DNA of 62,696 nt, filler included, from Stramenopiles sp. TOSAG23-6 (lineage: Eukaryota): NCBI GenBank assembly GCA_900128565.1. It is 7 parts of 7 records of this genome, joined end to end, with 100 filler letters (N's around TTAATTAATTAA, not from the genome) between each part and the next. Parts side by side here need not be neighbours in the genome. Positions count along the whole stretch, not along the records: positions 59,789 to 61,192 come from LT639106.1; positions 61,293 to 62,696 come from LT639107.1; 5 more parts are not named here. One strand, given 5' to 3'. A program made the position numbers and the translations under genes. The notes beneath the pieces are model-generated. The model was not told the origin of the DNA, ran no database searches, and saw only the letters and a program-made list of their open reading frames with translations. Below are positions 59,883 to 62,696 of the stretch, in pieces. Within the stretch, counting starts at the first letter, position 1. The number at the start of each line of letters is the position of its first letter.

Positions 59883-61192
59883 ATATGAGCTCGCTTCAAG
59901 TCATGTAAACTTTTTACGTATTTTTTACTACGCGTACGTGGAGTTGATTGAAACATAATTTTGATTTCTCTACCTAATTTTTGTGTGTTTGAATTTTTGT
60001 TTTTTGTACTTAATTTTTGTGTGTTTGAATTTTGTAACTGTAAACACTCTTTCAACTCAATCGCACAAATTTTATTCTCATATAAAGTTACCTGGTACTG
60101 TGCATGTATATTTTTGAAATATGCAATACATGTATTTACTTTTGTTAGATAAAAAAGTGAACTACAAACAAAATAGTTACACAATATATAAATGTTCTAT
60201 AAAAAAAATATTTAAAAAAAAAAAAATCGAAATTGAAAAAAAAAAAATTGAAATGAGTAATACAATAATAATGGTAAAATACATGACGGATATTTTCATC
60301 AAGGATAGGCAAATGATTACTCTTGGTATTTTTTATCAAATGACTCATGTTATTATACTGTTTATCTATAGAATGATTTTCGGACATTTTCTCTAGTGTC
60401 TCGATTTCTTGCAGTGCAACTAATTTTGCTATTTCTTGTTGTCGTCTATTTAATGTGAACGATATATATATATATATATTTGTTAGGTACAAAATTTCGT
60501 ATAAAAAAAAAAATAAAAAAAAATAAAAATAAAAAAAATAACTTATCTTTCTCAATTTTTGTAACTCTTTTTTCTGTAACGCTGACAAACATCTCTTCAT
60601 TGGATTAGGGTTAGGGTTCTTCATTGGGTTTGGGCTACTTTGTGTACTATCCTGTAGACCATGTATTTTGGAAAAATATTTCAAAAAAAAATTTTAAAAT
60701 TTGTTAGGTACGAAATTTCGTACGAAAAAAAAAATCGAATTTGAAAAAAAATAAAACATACATGTATATCATTCTGTTCTTTGTGTTGATTCATTTCATC
60801 AGAATTATCTTTTGTATTGGAATGATAAATACTTGACTCAATTGTTCCATGATGTTTGCTAATCGAATGCACTCCTGTAACATTACTTTCTTTAGTGTTA
60901 TGTTCAATATTATGTAAAGCTTTGTTGATTTTATGAACTTCTGCCTCAACGGCATGTTCAATATTATGTTCAATATTATGTATTTCATTCATAGCTTTAT
61001 GAGCTTCTGCTGCAACAGCATGTTCAATATTTTGTAAGTCATTCTTAAGTTTATGAGCTTCTGCTCCAACGGCATGTTTAATATTATGTTCAATATTATT
61101 TAACTCATTATTGATTTTATGTGCTTCTGCTCCAACAGCATGTTCAATATTATGTTCAGTATTATGTATTTCATTCTTAAGTTTATGAGCTT
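59883..61192 (-). CDS. Internal fragment of a hypothetical protein with (HNIE/HAV.AEAHK) repeats
   Basis: Frames joined across introns 60761-60661, 60546-60448 and 60282-60104. Confidence 0.55.
60104..60282 (-). mobile_element. Degenerate introner intron, GT-AT (179 nt)
   Basis: at|GTATTTT...ATCTAAC...AAAATATAC-AT|. Confidence 0.6.
60448..60546 (-). mobile_element. Introner intron, possibly AT-AT (99 nt, in frame; boundaries uncertain)
   Basis: ATAAGTTATTTT...ATACGAAATTTTGTACCTAAC...CACATTAA-AT. Confidence 0.55.
60661..60761 (-). mobile_element. Introner intron, GT-AT (101 nt), near-consensus copy
   Basis: at|GTATGTTTTATT...TTCGTACGAAATTTCGTACCTAAC...TTCCAAAATAC-AT|. Confidence 0.88.
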
Positions 61193-61292
61193 NNNNNNNN
61201 NNNNNNNNNNNNNNNNNNNNNNNNNNNNNNNNNNNNTTAATTAATTAANNNNNNNNNNNNNNNNNNNNNNNNNNNNNNNNNNNNNNNNNNNN

Positions 61293-61614
61293 TCACTGGG
61301 ATGAAAAGTTGACTCCTGGATAAATCCCTAGTAGGGTTAGGGTTAGGCTTAGCAACTATGACTTTATTCATAGATATACTATTATTACTGGATAAGTGGA
61401 CTCTTTGAGTACCATTTGAAACAAATGTAGGTGAAGCACTTGGAACTCGAATTGACGAAGGAATTTCAGTAGTAGTATTTTGCGAACATGCCACCAACAT
61501 TGCATCATTTAATGCACACAAGGAGTCTCGCATTATTTCAAGTTCTTTATCCTGTTGAATTGCCTCATGAATACGTCGACGTGGAGTGCTTTTTAACGAA
61601 GAACTACTCTGCAT
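61293..61614 (-). CDS. Hypothetical protein, 3'-partial
   Basis: ATG ORF running into the gap. Confidence 0.5.
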
Positions 61615-62356
61615 GCTACTCTTCTATTTCACTCTACTGTATAATGGTGATACAACTTCTACCGTGCTTCTATAAACTACATTTTTGAAAAACAACAATT
61701 CATGAGGAGTGGCGAAATAGTTCACAAAACTAGCTAGAGATAATATTTTCAGACTTGTGTCGAGTTTGAACACGGTACTATTCCAAAATACTACCATTTT
61801 TTACGACGGTTTCATTTTTATTACTAGATAATCCTATATATAGGCTATAATATAATATTTTTTTAAAACGTGATAAAATAAATGACAAAATTAAATACAA
61901 ATTCGGATATTATCATATATTTTTTTTTATATTCAATCAAGGTGTTGCACCAATCAAACAAACAATTTTCTGAAATAGGCTTATATCATTTTGTATCCAA
62001 ATTGTATCTTCTTCATCTCATTGGGAAACAAATGTAAGCTTTTAAGTACATATTTGAATATGTAATGTACTGTATAATACTTGTTTAGGATGGGTACTTT
62101 GTAGAAATTGACCATATTTTACTGTTTGCATGGAGTTGTTTGAGTTTAGTTTACTTTATTTCGTGTTTTAAAGTTTGACGTCAACTCAAATCTCCAATAA
62201 ATTAAATGCAAATTAAATTATAAATCTGACTACTACTGAAGTCTGATCGATCAATATATAATATAACATGACGCTCCTCCACCACCACAGTAATTCAATA
62301 TTATAGCTCAATCAAAATCAAACATTGTTTGGGTATAAAAGAATAGTGTGGCAAAT

Positions 62357-62696
62357 ATGGTTGCTCATACGGATCAATTGCTGCAGTTCGTGGATAAACA
62401 TTCCCCTAATTTGCGTTCGAAAATACAGATTGATATTGATCGTACTAGAAAACCTTCAGATTTGCAATCGCTCTTTCAAAGTTATGAACGAGAGTTATCT
62501 TTAATTAAGCTTCCTCCTCGTGTTTATAATTTCTCGGATTCTTCAACTGGACTCAGTCAAGCTTTAAAAGACTGCGAACGTGAAGAATTTTGGGTAAATG
62601 GGGAAAAAGTGGTCGCTAATGCAAAGTCAGTAATGTCAAGAGTATGTACCCTTGCAGCAAGTTTCACAAGCACTGAAGCTACCAGGAAGGCTGTAG
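62357..62696 (+). CDS. Hypothetical protein, 3'-partial
   Basis: ATG ORF (MVAHTDQLLQF...) open to the window end. Confidence 0.5.
   Translation, partial: MVAHTDQLLQFVDKHSPNLRSKIQIDIDRTRKPSDLQSLFQSYERELSLIKLPPRVYNFSDSSTGLSQALKDCEREEFWVNGEKVVANAKSVMSRVCTLAASFTSTEATRKAV

Noticed and set aside
8833-60761. Elements as ciliate-like IESs excised from DNA
   Set aside because: Strict sense-strand orientation, GT donors and CTAAC favour RNA splicing, and half lack perfect direct repeats. Not formally excluded without reads.

Overview
AT-rich, gene-dense nuclear DNA of a microbial eukaryote. The FYVE-containing myosin and TTAGGG hexamers would fit a stramenopile-like protist, but the taxon cannot be established from this window. 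The window is seven unlinked contigs joined by artificial N44-TTAATTAATTAA-N44 spacers, and contigs 1 and 2 are near-identical versions of one 11.9-kb locus. Recognisable genes include RPS9, a COQ7-like di-iron protein, an amino-acid transporter, ATG9, prohibitin (hosting C/D snoRNAs), a viral/bacterial-type amino-methyltransferase, MORN, WD40, alpha/beta-hydrolase, TM2-DnaJ, AIM24 and TPR proteins, a DUF2779 nuclease, an unusual class-I-like myosin, CENP-C and SRP19. The main discovery is a family of mostly ~90-110-nt, mutually similar, introner/MITE-like introns. I count 28 complete unique copies plus 5 unique copies cut by contig ends, all in the sense orientation of their host genes. Consensus: GTAYGTTTT...TTTTTCGTACGAAATTTYGTACCTAAC...ATATTTTTCMMAATAC-NN. 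Removing them restores reading frames and conserved motifs when the 3' splice site is placed 2 nt after the AATAC-like motif. The last dinucleotide is AT in 19, GT in 3, AA in 2, TC in 1, TT in 1 and canonical AG in only 2, and one donor is GA. In 14 of 28 the last 2 nt repeat the last 2 nt of the upstream exon (a 2-bp TSD). This points to transposon-derived introns and largely AG-independent splicing. It is inferred from DNA only and needs RNA confirmation.
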